Assembly (NCBI GenBank): GCA_045545855.1
Contig: JAZQBR010000324.1
Coordinates: 1 to 47,679 of the forward strand
DNA from: Kiritimatiellia bacterium
GTDB taxonomy: Bacteria > Verrucomicrobiota > Kiritimatiellia > RFP12 > UBA1067
Length of the DNA: 47,679 bases
Direction of reading: 5' to 3'
Of this stretch, positions 1 to 9,067 are shown piece by piece (positions within the stretch are counted from its first letter, which is position 1; the number at the start of each line of letters is the position of its first letter). The position numbers were made by a program, and so were the translations under genes. The notes below the pieces were generated by a model. That model was not told the origin of the DNA. It saw only the letters and a list, made by a program, of their open reading frames with translations, and did not search any database.

Positions 1-191
1 GAATGATAAGTTATGTAGCTGCAGACCGTGCCGTCCATAGACGGGAACGAAGCGCCATCGTGCGCCGCAGACCAAAGGTCGCTGACAAGCCTTGTCGCGA
101 TTTCCAGTCGTTCGGAGTCATCAAGGGCCAGTGCCCAGGAATAATCTTCCTTTTCGTCTTCGATCCGAAGTGCTCTTAATATCTTTGTCAT
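1..191 (-). CDS. Small hypothetical protein, partner of the nucleotidyltransferase; 3' end runs off the window
   Basis: Not in the ORF track. Manual translation from ATG at 191-189, which overlaps the TGA of the upstream gene as ATGA, gives MTKILRALRIEDEKEDYSWALALDDSERLEIATRLVSDLWSAAHDGASFPSMDGTVCSYITYH..., open to the window edge. Confidence 0.65.
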   Translation of the reverse strand, partial: MTKILRALRIEDEKEDYSWALALDDSERLEIATRLVSDLWSAAHDGASFPSMDGTVCSYITYH

Positions 192-634
192 TTTCCACAA
201 CCCTCCAGTACTTCGACATCGGCAAGATCCTTTGCTCTTCCAGACGCTTTTTTGTTGGCAATCAAATCTTCAAGAGAGATTATCCGAACAGGAATGCCGT
301 CTATCGACTTTGTCACAGACCTCGTGACAGCATCTGCATAACTTACTCCGCTTATCTTCGAAATGATATCCACCCTGCACGGCGCAACTCCAATCTGAAA
401 TATCATGCCATACTCTGCAAAATCCTCAGGCTTCATCTCCGACACTGGCGCACCAAATTCGGCAACAGCGGCATAGACTTTTCTTGCGTTGTCGGCTTCA
501 GAGAGGATCCAAATGTCCAAATCCACGGTTGCACGTATGTAGCCATACATATTTACAGCCCAACCGCCGACCAGTATGTAGTCGACACCAGCCTTGTTCA
601 GGCACTTGAGCATATCTATATAATCTGCATTCAT
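188..634 (-). CDS. Nucleotidyltransferase-family protein (DUF6036/AbiEii-like pol-beta fold)
   Basis: VGGWAV...RATVDLDI motif and C-terminal LIANKKASGRAKDLADV; 148 aa; visibly lower GC than its neighbours. Confidence 0.8.
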   Translation of the reverse strand: MNADYIDMLKCLNKAGVDYILVGGWAVNMYGYIRATVDLDIWILSEADNARKVYAAVAEFGAPVSEMKPEDFAEYGMIFQIGVAPCRVDIISKISGVSYADAVTRSVTKSIDGIPVRIISLEDLIANKKASGRAKDLADVEVLEGCGK

Positions 635-670
635 TAATCTACACAGTGCTTATCGATTTATTATGCAAAT

Positions 671-702
671 ATTATACCATTTTCGGGCGATTGACTCAAT
701 CG
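671..702 (-). promoter_or_regulatory. Sigma70-type promoter of the nucleotidyltransferase operon with an overlapping palindrome
   Basis: Minus strand TTGAGT (699-694), 17 nt, TATAAT (676-671) preceded by TGG; perfect inverted repeat CGATTGA-C-TCAATCG at 688-702 covers the -35. Confidence 0.65.
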
Positions 703-762
703 TGATTCTACACAAATCTACGCTTCACTCCTACCGCTACCGCTTACCCCTATTGAAAATAT

Positions 763-1743
763 CTACTCACGCAGAATCCTGGCGAGGGCGGCGGCAACAT
801 CACTCGGCGAAACAGAACTCAATGCCAGCCATTGAGCGAGCCGGGGGCCCAGCAGTGGAATCGGTACATGCGGCGCCTTGTCTGGCGCACAGGTCTCGAC
901 GGCCTTGCCCAGCTCTTTCGGGTACGGCCAAAACGAAGATTTGCCGGAGACGCCATTGGCGACACAGACTGCAGGTACGCCGAGCGCAGCCGCCATGTGC
1001 AGAGCCATAGTGTCGTTCGACACTACGGCCGCGCACGACGCGAGCGCCCTGGCGAAATCCGGCAGAGTGCGCGTCATAGGCGCGTCGGCAATTTCATAGC
1101 CGGCCGGAGCGAGGCGGCGCAACGCCGCCCATTTGCGTTCAGGCCAGCGGCGCGTCCAGTGGGACGCACTCTTGTAGAGCATTATCAGGCGCTCCGGCTT
1201 TGGACGACCAGGCAATTCAAGTTCCAGCCGGGCGTCGCACCGCTCGCCTGCGAGCGCCGAGGCGATCGCGAGGTTGCGCTCGAACACAAAAGCGCCGTCG
1301 CCGGCGCTGACGAGCCGTGTGAATCTGGAGTGTCTCGTCCCGTCGCCGGTATCGACGCCAATCGCGACTGGCGCCAGACCGCAAACGAACTCGTCCAACA
1401 GCGCGTCGGGAAAGGCCGAAGGCGATATCACTTCGTCGAAACCCATCTCAAGAAGACGGCGCTTTTCCCTCTCTTGCGCGGCGGCGACGCGCGCGTGCCA
1501 TATACAGCGCGGCAGCAGATTCTCGCGCCCCATTCTGAAAAGCGAGTCGCGACGCTCCGCCCAAAGCCACTCGTCGGCGATGCCGGCGTCAAAAGCCTTG
1601 GCCAGGCTTCGCCATGCGGGATTGCCGAATACTGTTATATGGGCGTCGCGGTACTTGCGGCTGCGGCGAAGAAACCCGAGGCAGTTGCGCCAGAGTATGT
1701 AGTCGCCGATCGCGTCCAGCCTGACTATCAGAACGCGCCTCAT
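763..1743 (-). CDS. Glycosyltransferase family 9 (heptosyltransferase-like)
   Basis: N-terminal RVLIVRLDAIGD; RRWP; VVSNDTMALHMAAALGVP. Confidence 0.9.
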   Translation of the reverse strand: MRRVLIVRLDAIGDYILWRNCLGFLRRSRKYRDAHITVFGNPAWRSLAKAFDAGIADEWLWAERRDSLFRMGRENLLPRCIWHARVAAAQEREKRRLLEMGFDEVISPSAFPDALLDEFVCGLAPVAIGVDTGDGTRHSRFTRLVSAGDGAFVFERNLAIASALAGERCDARLELELPGRPKPERLIMLYKSASHWTRRWPERKWAALRRLAPAGYEIADAPMTRTLPDFARALASCAAVVSNDTMALHMAAALGVPAVCVANGVSGKSSFWPYPKELGKAVETCAPDKAPHVPIPLLGPRLAQWLALSSVSPSDVAAALARILRE

Positions 1744-2771
1744 CGACCCCCATCCGCTGAAAGCGACGCGAAGAAGTCCGCGAACTGCTGGGCGATTTCA
1801 AGCCACGAATAGACGGGTATCTCCCTAGCCGCATTATCGGCCAGAGTGGCGCAAAGCCCTGGGTCGGCGGCCAGGCGCTCGATAAGCGGAGCGTAGTCGC
1901 CGCCCGGCGCGAGCAGCGCGTTGTGCCCGTTTTTGAAAAAGAGATTGGCGCGCCCGTCATAGGCGAGGATGGGCTTGTGCCAGCGAAGATACTCCTGTAA
2001 CTTCGCGTTGCAGTCTTGATTGGCCGTCACCACAAAAGCGTCGGCCTGCGACATTACATTGTACTGCTCCTCTTTCGAGAGATATCCGAGAAATATGCAG
2101 TTGTCGGACGCATAGCGGGCGAGGTAGTCGGCCTTGTGCCCGGTAAAATACAGTTTTATGTCGCGCGAAACGCGCTGCATCGAGCGGCACAGCTGCTCTG
2201 TGAGCTTCCATTTCGACGCGTCCCCCGTATAGACGAGCTTGAAGCTACCGCCCAGCTTTATGTCGCCTTTGATGCGCGACGGGTCGATGGGGTCCGCGCC
2301 GTTCGGTATGTAGTGGCATTCAACGCCCCATTTCAGCCCCTTGGCCTGCAGATAGCGGCTCAGGGTCACGACACGATCGGAATTCTTGATGATGCGCTTT
2401 TCAAGCCAACCGAAGAAAAGCCTGCCGGGCCAGCCGATGATGGCGTGCCATATTTCGCCATATTCGTCGTCCCAGCCGTGCACAATCGCAAAGTCTTTGT
2501 GGCGGCAGAGAAAGCGGCGGCAGAATATCGGGTTCAGCGCCGTCATCGCGCCGTAGGTGTAGACGACGTCAGGCTTAAGTTCGTCAATGCGGCGCGCGAG
2601 CTTGAATGGATTTCTGGATGTCGGCCAGCCGGCCCAGTTGGCCTTGTGCCCGAGCTTCAGCAAATTCGCGCCAATGGCGTCGACGCTGTACGGCGCAAAC
2701 TTCATGTGCTCGGCGGGATCCTGGCTTTCGAACCACGGCGAGCGGGAACTGGAGACGATAAAAACCTTCAC
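1740..2771 (-). CDS. Glycosyltransferase family 4 (GT-B fold)
   Basis: EKRIIKNSDRVVTLS, YIPNG, FLGYLSKEE, KLQEYL...KPIL, YSW; ATGA overlap with the GT9 gene. Confidence 0.85.
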   Translation of the reverse strand: MKVFIVSSSRSPWFESQDPAEHMKFAPYSVDAIGANLLKLGHKANWAGWPTSRNPFKLARRIDELKPDVVYTYGAMTALNPIFCRRFLCRHKDFAIVHGWDDEYGEIWHAIIGWPGRLFFGWLEKRIIKNSDRVVTLSRYLQAKGLKWGVECHYIPNGADPIDPSRIKGDIKLGGSFKLVYTGDASKWKLTEQLCRSMQRVSRDIKLYFTGHKADYLARYASDNCIFLGYLSKEEQYNVMSQADAFVVTANQDCNAKLQEYLRWHKPILAYDGRANLFFKNGHNALLAPGGDYAPLIERLAADPGLCATLADNAAREIPVYSWLEIAQQFADFFASLSADGGR

Positions 2772-2804
2772 GCGTTATGCCGAGCTCTGCTCTTGGAACG
2801 GCGG

Positions 2805-4148
2805 TTACTCGAATGTACAACGCTCCACGAGAAGCCCCTTGGTGCCGTCCATCGGCGCGTAGCCGTCCATCACACCAAAGGCCGAATCGTACAGCCTCAC
2901 ATCCTTCGGCTTCAGGTCGCCGCGTCCGTTTTTGGACGTCATCCAGAGCCAATGCTGACCCTTCGCCGAAATACGCTGAAAGAGCACGTTTTCAAGACCT
3001 TCGGAGAACCGGCAGTAGGCCGACGCCCTCGTCTCGAGATTCTCGAACGAAATGTCAACAAAAGCCGAATCGCGCAACTGCTGCGCCGAAAACGCCCTGC
3101 ACTTCACATCCGACGCCTTTACACCATACACAATCGTATCGCCGACCCACTTCGGCGGCACGGCGAACGCATTGAAGAAGTCCGGCGGATCATCCGTCGG
3201 GCCTGCGTCGACATCTTCGACCGTGCAATTGGCGACGAGACAACCGTCGCCCGCGAAAGCCGTACCCGCTATCGATTTTATGGAATGGCCACGCAGCAAT
3301 TCGGCGAAGGGGCCGGTCGCAATGTCGCTTGTTTCGCCACCCGTCACATAGGCCGCGAGTTTGTTGCCGAACGGGGCGGCGCCGCCGCCGTAACGGCCCT
3401 TCAGATTGGTGAAAGTGCAGTTCTCGAACCAAGCGGAACTTTCGCCGCCCTCGCCCATCACTATCGTACCATACGAGTCGTCGACATCGCAGAAGAACCC
3501 GATATTCTTGAAATGCAGCTTGTCGGTGCCGGGGCGCCCGGCCGAAAGCTTGACATCGCCGCGCTTGAGGCCCGGCGCCGGCGTGACGAGCGTCCAATGC
3601 TTGCGGCCGAGACCGCCGCCCAGCATCTTGAGCGAGTATGTACCGGCCGCGAGGTATATGCGGCCGCCGTCACCGGCTTTCTTCACCGCCTGCTTGAGCG
3701 TCTTGAAAGGCGCGTCCTCGGTACCCTCGGTGAAATCGTTGCCCTTTTTGCCGTCGACCCAGACCGTTTTCTTGGGGTCGTACGCGCCGCGCGCATTGGC
3801 ATAGAGCGGCAACGGCGGCAGGTCGTACGGCTCCTCTCCTTCGGCGGTTACACGGGCGTTGATGTTGACGAGACCGTCCTTGAACTTCTTGACGACGAAC
3901 GGGAATACGTACTCGGTTACTCCCGTCCGTTCGTTGAGCGTCGGCTTGTCGACGACAAGCCTCGGCTTCTTGTTGATGATGAACTCGACCTTGACGCCCT
4001 TCTCGTGAAACGCCACTACGCCGACATTAAAGACGCCGGACACGGTCTGATAGGGGACGACATCCCATTTCGCCACAGGCCTGCCCGCGAAGAGCGGACC
4101 TGCGACGAGCGCGGCGCAGACGAGCGCCAAGGCTTTCGATTTCATCAT
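2805..4148 (-). CDS. Secreted protein with a DUF1565-type motif and probable right-handed beta-helix (pectin-lyase-like)
   Basis: Signal peptide (ALALVCAALVAGPLFA); VWVDGKKGND...GTEDAPFKTLKQA...IYLAAGTY; repeated FENCTF/VANCTV-like strands. Confidence 0.7.
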   Translation of the reverse strand: MMKSKALALVCAALVAGPLFAGRPVAKWDVVPYQTVSGVFNVGVVAFHEKGVKVEFIINKKPRLVVDKPTLNERTGVTEYVFPFVVKKFKDGLVNINARVTAEGEEPYDLPPLPLYANARGAYDPKKTVWVDGKKGNDFTEGTEDAPFKTLKQAVKKAGDGGRIYLAAGTYSLKMLGGGLGRKHWTLVTPAPGLKRGDVKLSAGRPGTDKLHFKNIGFFCDVDDSYGTIVMGEGGESSAWFENCTFTNLKGRYGGGAAPFGNKLAAYVTGGETSDIATGPFAELLRGHSIKSIAGTAFAGDGCLVANCTVEDVDAGPTDDPPDFFNAFAVPPKWVGDTIVYGVKASDVKCRAFSAQQLRDSAFVDISFENLETRASAYCRFSEGLENVLFQRISAKGQHWLWMTSKNGRGDLKPKDVRLYDSAFGVMDGYAPMDGTKGLLVERCTFE

Positions 4149-4168
4149 TTCGCCACCTCCGGCACCGT

Positions 4169-4867
4169 TTAGGCAGGATCGACCGGTGTAAGATCAGCGA
4201 CCGGCTGAAGCGCAGGCGCAGCGGCCGGCTTTTTAGGCGGCAGCTTGAGACCGGCCGCAAGGGTGGGCTTTGGCGGCAGCTTGATGCCTGCGGCGAGCGT
4301 AGGCTTGGGCGGCAGCTTGATACCGGGCTTGATCATCGGTTTCGCGCCCGGCAGCGTCGGGCGGCGAATGGCCGTAGGCGCGGGGGCCGGGGCCGGCTTA
4401 AGCGCGGCGGCGCCGGCTGAAGCGGCCGCGGCAGGCGTCAAAGCGGCAGGGGCCGCAGGTGCCGGTGCCTGCGCCGGCGCGGGAGCCGGCGCGGGGGCGG
4501 GGGCCGGCGCGGGGGCCACGGCAGGGGCCGGCGCGGGGGCCGCAACCACAGGAACCGCAGCCGCTCCATCGCCAATCTCGTCGACGGAAATCTCGAACTT
4601 ACCGAACTGCAGCATGTCGCGCACATTCAGCTCGGTCGCGCCTTCGATCTTCTGCCCGAGGCGGTACGAACCGTTGGTGCTGCCAAGATCCTCAAGGTAC
4701 CACTTGCCGTCCTTCTCGTATATCTTCGCATGACGGCGCGATAGACCGTCCGCCGCGAGCGGCGCGATTGTGTTGCCCGACTCTCGCCCGATCGTGATGA
4801 CTTTCTCCGCCGTATAGCTGAGACCTATCAATACGCCGTTCATGTTGGCTATAAGGTTGATTTTCAT
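4169..4867 (-). CDS. FHA-domain protein with a Pro/Ala-rich tail
   Basis: ITIGR...LSRRHA...LEDLGSTNGS FHA motifs; PA-rich linker; three KLPPK repeats. Confidence 0.9.
   Translation of the reverse strand: MKINLIANMNGVLIGLSYTAEKVITIGRESGNTIAPLAADGLSRRHAKIYEKDGKWYLEDLGSTNGSYRLGQKIEGATELNVRDMLQFGKFEISVDEIGDGAAAVPVVAAPAPAPAVAPAPAPAPAPAPAPAQAPAPAAPAALTPAAAASAGAAALKPAPAPAPTAIRRPTLPGAKPMIKPGIKLPPKPTLAAGIKLPPKPTLAAGLKLPPKKPAAAPALQPVADLTPVDPA
4236..4320. repeat. 36-bp-period coding tandem repeat (G[IL]KLPPKPTLAA) in the FHA protein tail
   Basis: GGCGGCAGCTTGA occurs exactly at 4236, 4272 and 4308. Confidence 0.9.
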
Positions 4868-4922
4868 TTTATGGTCGCCTCGTTGTTGTTTATTTGTCTG
4901 TTAAAGCATTCTGAACATTTGA

Positions 4923-4952
4923 ATTATAGCATATCTCGCTGCTGTTTGGCAA
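4923..4952 (-). promoter_or_regulatory. Promoter for the FHA gene, embedded in the prlC 3' end
   Basis: TTGCCA (4952-4947), 18 nt, TATAAT (4928-4923) within ATATGCTATAAT; includes the prlC TAA stop. Confidence 0.65.
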
Positions 4953-6825
4953 GAAGACCTTGCTGTCTCAAAAGCGCGTCTATTTGCGGATCGCGCCCTC
5001 TGAAGGCTCTGAACACGTCAAGAGCGTTTACGCCACCGCCAAGAGCCAGCACCGTCTCGCGGTACTTCGCGCCCACGCGCGCCACCGCCGCGTCGTCGTC
5101 GAGCCCCGCTTCTTCGAACGCGCCGTAGCAGTCGGCGCTCATGACCTCGCTCCATTTGTAGCCGTAGTATCCGGCGGCGTAGCCGCCCGAGAATATGTGC
5201 GTAAAGCCGCAGAGAAAGAGGTCGCCCGGCACGAGGGGCGTGCCGAAGTGGGCGAACACCTCGCGCTTGACCGCGTCGGCGTCCGCAACCTCGTCGCGCC
5301 CGTGCAGTATCATGTCGGTCTTCGCGAACGAAAGCTGACGGCGGCATGTCGTCGCCGCGCGAAAGTTCTTCGCGGCCTTGACCTTCGCCTTGAGGTCTTC
5401 TGGCACGACGATGCCGGTGCGGTCGTCGAGGCACCAGTTCTCCATGAACTGCGAAGCGACCTCTACTGCGTCCCACTCGACGAGGCTGATGCCTGCGGCG
5501 TCTTCTTCGCCGACGCGCGTGAGCATGCATTGAAGAGCGTGCCCGAACTCGTGAAAGAGCGTCTCGACCTCGCGCATTGGCATGTACGTCTTGCCGTCCG
5601 CGTCAGGCGCCTTCAGATTCAGCACCATGAGAGCGAGCGGCTTCTCGCCAAGCCGGTCGATTCTGTTAGAGAACTCGTTCATCCACGCGCCGCCCTGCTT
5701 AAGGCCGGGCCTCACATACGCGTCGAGATAGAAATGGGCGATCTCCTCGCCGTGCTCGCTCACCGAGAAGAACCTCACGTCGGGGTGCCAGACCGGCGGA
5801 CGCTCTCCGCCCGCGAGTTCGACGATATCGATGTCGAAAAGGAACTTCACCATCCTGAAGAGTCCCGCGAGGACATCCTCGAACTCGAAGTAGTGTTTCA
5901 GCTCTTCTTCGCTGTAGGAGTACTTTCTCGTTCTCAGGCGCTCGGCGAGATACGCGACATCCCACGGTCTCACCTCGCCTGCGCCCTCGTCCTGCACCGA
6001 GGCGAGCTCGCGCCGCTCGTCTTCGGCGATGGCGGCTGTCGCGGCGTCGAGGTCGTCTATCATTTTCATAACCGCCGCGACCGACGGCGCGCACTTCGTC
6101 GCCAGCGACATGCTGTCGTAGCCGTCGAAGCCAATGAGCGCCGCGGCCTCGCGTCTGAGGCGCAGAATATCGGCTATTCGCGCCGCGTTCTCCGGCGCAC
6201 GCGTCGAACGCGCGCAGCACAGCTTCTCGCGCACCTCGCGGTCGGGACACTCCTTCATCGTCTCGACATACATCGCGTCGTCGATCGTGTACGTCTTGCC
6301 GTCCTTCACGTACTTGAAAGCGGCTGTCGCGTCTATGACGGCATTGGAGAAATCTGCGCCGAGCTTCGCGAGAGCGGCCTGAATCTCGTTGAAGCGCGCG
6401 CGCTTCACGCCGTCGAGCCCGACACCCGCGAGTTCCGCGCCTTGAATCATCTTGTCGAGAATGCGCGCTTTGAGCGGCAAGCCGTCGCCCAGCGCGGCGC
6501 GCACCGCCTTCGCGCGCTCGTATATGGCGCGCGACTGCGAGACTCTCAGCGAGAACTCCACGAGCTTCGGCTGAAACTCCTCCTCGAGTTTGCGCCACTC
6601 GGGCGAGTTCATCACCCCGAGCATGTGCGCTACGCGCCCCCATGTGCGCCACAGTTCGCGCGTAGCGTCGTCAAGCGCCCACACGAAATCTTCGTAGCCG
6701 GTGCCGGCGCCGGTTTCGACGGCGCTGACGGCAGCCTCCGACGACACAAGAAGCCGCTGCAGCCCGGCGGCGGCGAACTCCGGCGTGAACACGCCCCAGT
6801 CTGGATATTTGTTCATGTTTGACAT
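4924..6825 (-). CDS. prlC: Oligopeptidase A, M3 family metallopeptidase
   Basis: KQGGAWM, TLFHEFGHALQ zinc motif, WDAVEVASQFMENW, GYAAGYYGYKWSEV; ATG at 6825 follows AGAGGG. Confidence 0.92.
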   Translation of the reverse strand: MSNMNKYPDWGVFTPEFAAAGLQRLLVSSEAAVSAVETGAGTGYEDFVWALDDATRELWRTWGRVAHMLGVMNSPEWRKLEEEFQPKLVEFSLRVSQSRAIYERAKAVRAALGDGLPLKARILDKMIQGAELAGVGLDGVKRARFNEIQAALAKLGADFSNAVIDATAAFKYVKDGKTYTIDDAMYVETMKECPDREVREKLCCARSTRAPENAARIADILRLRREAAALIGFDGYDSMSLATKCAPSVAAVMKMIDDLDAATAAIAEDERRELASVQDEGAGEVRPWDVAYLAERLRTRKYSYSEEELKHYFEFEDVLAGLFRMVKFLFDIDIVELAGGERPPVWHPDVRFFSVSEHGEEIAHFYLDAYVRPGLKQGGAWMNEFSNRIDRLGEKPLALMVLNLKAPDADGKTYMPMREVETLFHEFGHALQCMLTRVGEEDAAGISLVEWDAVEVASQFMENWCLDDRTGIVVPEDLKAKVKAAKNFRAATTCRRQLSFAKTDMILHGRDEVADADAVKREVFAHFGTPLVPGDLFLCGFTHIFSGGYAAGYYGYKWSEVMSADCYGAFEEAGLDDDAAVARVGAKYRETVLALGGGVNALDVFRAFRGRDPQIDALLRQQGLLAKQQRDML

Positions 6826-6875
6826 CAATTCCCTCTTTGCAACAACTTGGTTATTGAAAAAAAATCGCCCCCGCG

Positions 6876-7508
6876 TCAGATGAAGCCGGCGCGCTCGAGC
6901 GCCGCCTCGGTAAGACCGGCCGGTTTGGCCACCGGCTTCGCGACATACTTGCCCACTATGTCGCCCTCCAGGTTGACGCTATCGCCGACGCGCTTCGCGC
7001 CGAGCGTGGTCTCCCGCGCTGTCGTAGGTATGAGATCCACCGCGAGCCAGTCGTCGCCAAGAGCCGAAATCGTGAGCGAGACGCCGTCTATCGCTATCGA
7101 ACCCTTGACCACCGACTCCGCCGCAAGCACCCTCCCGCACTTGACGCGCAGCTGAAAGTCCCTCCCTTTCGGCGTCTTGGCCGCAATCGCGCCGCGGCAG
7201 TCGACATGGCCCTGCACGATGTGGCCGCCAATCGCGTCGCCCGCTCTAAGCGCCCTCTCCAGATTCACCTTCTCGCCAGGCACCAACTCGCCCAGCCCGG
7301 TGCGCGACTCGGTCTCGCGAAGGACATCCGCCGTAAAACGCGACCCGCCGCTTTTGACGACCGTCAAGCACACACCGTTTACGGCGACCGACTCGCCCTC
7401 TTCAAGCGGCCTCGCCCACGGCACGTCGGCCGCGATTTCAAGCACAAGCCCCGCGCCGCGCGAAACGCGCTTTACAGTACCTATTCTCTGTATCAACCCC
7501 GTGAACAT
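6876..7508 (-). CDS. ribE: Riboflavin synthase (alpha chain)
   Basis: MFTG N-terminus, SVAVNGVCLTV, VNLERAL, GGHIVQGHVD, KGSIAIDGVSLT. Confidence 0.97.
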   Translation of the reverse strand: MFTGLIQRIGTVKRVSRGAGLVLEIAADVPWARPLEEGESVAVNGVCLTVVKSGGSRFTADVLRETESRTGLGELVPGEKVNLERALRAGDAIGGHIVQGHVDCRGAIAAKTPKGRDFQLRVKCGRVLAAESVVKGSIAIDGVSLTISALGDDWLAVDLIPTTARETTLGAKRVGDSVNLEGDIVGKYVAKPVAKPAGLTEAALERAGFI

Positions 7509-8569
7509 TTTCGCCCCCCCGGCTTTGATTTCGCGTCAAGCCCGCCGGCGCCGTCTTCGACCGGCCAGACGGCGCAGCCCGAAAGGCCGGCGCCGTAGAA
7601 TGAATCGCCCGACAAAAGAAAGCAGCTTTCGCGAAGCGCCCTCCCCCGGACGGCTTTTGAAATAGGTTTGGAGCCAATAAATACTGGCGCCATCACCGTA
7701 TGCCATTCATCGACCAGCCCTGCACCGGCGAGAGAGCTCGCCAGCTTCAGCCCGCCCTCGCAGAGAACGCTCATGATACCCTTTCTGCCAAGTTCCCTGA
7801 TCGCCTTCTTCGCATCGTCGAAGACCAGCGTCGGCGCCTTGCCGTCTGTAAACACGCGGGCGGTCTTCGGCAGATTGCCGCTTTTCGATATCACGACGCG
7901 CACGAGGTCTTTGTTCGGGCGCACGCGCGACAGCAGCGACGGATTGTCGCGGCGAACGGTCTCAGCGCCAACCATAATCGCGTCGACTCGCGAACGCATG
8001 AGATTGGTGCGTTCGCGCGACGCCTCGCACGATATCCAGCCGGCGTCGCCCCGGCAGTCGCAGATTTTGCCATCGAGCGACATGGCGAGCTTGACGGTCA
8101 CATACGGCAGCGATGTGGTCACATGCTTGTGAAAGTCGGCGACAAGCCTGCGGCAGATGGCGGTCACCGCCCTGTCGCCCCTGAAAAACCCGCACTTCAC
8201 GCCGCGCTTGGCGAGCGCCCTGCGCGCCCCGCCGGCGTTCTTCGGGTTTGGATCGGGCACGGCATAGACCACGCGCGAAATGCCGGCCTCGGCGATGGCG
8301 TCTGTGCAGGCCCCCACGCGCCCCGGCTTGGAGCAGGGCTCGAGCGTCACATAAATCGTCGCCCCGGCGAACGACTTGACGCCGCGCCGCCGCGCGTTCT
8401 TTATCGCCGCAACCTCGGCATGGTCGCCGCCCGCCTTCTTGTGCCAGCCTTCGCCGACAATCGCGCCGTCAATAACGATAACCGCGCCAACCGCCGGGTT
8501 CGGCCGCGTGTGGCCAAGCCCGCGCGCACCGAGCTGGGCGGCGCGAAGAAGGTAGCCGGCCCCGGTCAT
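7493..8569 (-). CDS. ribD: Bifunctional riboflavin deaminase/reductase
   Basis: PNPAVGAV, HAE, VTLEPC, KLAMSLDGKI, LCEGG. Confidence 0.95.
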   Translation of the reverse strand: MTGAGYLLRAAQLGARGLGHTRPNPAVGAVIVIDGAIVGEGWHKKAGGDHAEVAAIKNARRRGVKSFAGATIYVTLEPCSKPGRVGACTDAIAEAGISRVVYAVPDPNPKNAGGARRALAKRGVKCGFFRGDRAVTAICRRLVADFHKHVTTSLPYVTVKLAMSLDGKICDCRGDAGWISCEASRERTNLMRSRVDAIMVGAETVRRDNPSLLSRVRPNKDLVRVVISKSGNLPKTARVFTDGKAPTLVFDDAKKAIRELGRKGIMSVLCEGGLKLASSLAGAGLVDEWHTVMAPVFIGSKPISKAVRGRALRESCFLLSGDSFYGAGLSGCAVWPVEDGAGGLDAKSKPGGRKCSRG

Positions 8570-9012
8570 TCGGCCGCGCCGCGCTTTTTCGCGAATTTGT
8601 CCAAAACAGCGTTCACAAGCGTGCGGGATTTGGGGCTCGAGAACCAGTTGGCGAGATCAATCGCCTCGTTTATCACGACAGGCGCGGGAATGTCGGTATG
8701 GGAAAGCTCCCAAATGCCCATTCTCAGCACGCTGCGCTCGACAGTGCCAAGGCGGTAAAGATCCCAATTCTCCAGAAGCGGCACTAGAACGTCGTCAATC
8801 TCCTTCTCGCTGGCGAGAACGCCGGTCACACGCTCCTCGGCAAAAGCGCGGTACTTGGCCTTCGGCTCTACCCGGCCTTCATCTTCGTCAAGCGAAGCCA
8901 TCTCGGCCCAAAACGCCTCTAAAAAGGCGGGGATGTCGTTTGGCGGATTAAGATCCGCCGCAGTAAGCATCTGTATCGCCCATTCGCGGGCCTGTCTGCG
9001 TGTCGTCGTCAT
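8566..9012 (-). CDS. nusB: Transcription antitermination factor NusB
   Basis: RRQARE, W...RL..VERSVLR, VVINEAIDLA, LVNAVLD. Confidence 0.95.
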   Translation of the reverse strand: MTTTRRQAREWAIQMLTAADLNPPNDIPAFLEAFWAEMASLDEDEGRVEPKAKYRAFAEERVTGVLASEKEIDDVLVPLLENWDLYRLGTVERSVLRMGIWELSHTDIPAPVVINEAIDLANWFSSPKSRTLVNAVLDKFAKKRGAAE

Positions 9013-9055
9013 GCCTTGAAAATCTAAATCGTGTTTCTTCTGTAGTGAGGGTGAT

Positions 9056-9067
9056 ATTATACCATAT
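9056..9067 (-). promoter_or_regulatory. Extended -10 promoter for nusB-ribD-ribE
   Basis: ATATGGTATAAT on the minus strand; contains the der TAA stop. Confidence 0.55.

Noticed and set aside
707-770. Cluster of CTAC/CCGCTAC mini-repeats upstream of the NTase promoter
   Set aside because: Too short and irregular to distinguish from chance; no defined unit or period
4236-4560. GC-rich repeats read as a CRISPR array or intergenic repeat element
   Set aside because: They are in-frame coding repeats (PA linker, KLPPKP) with no unique spacers and no cas genes
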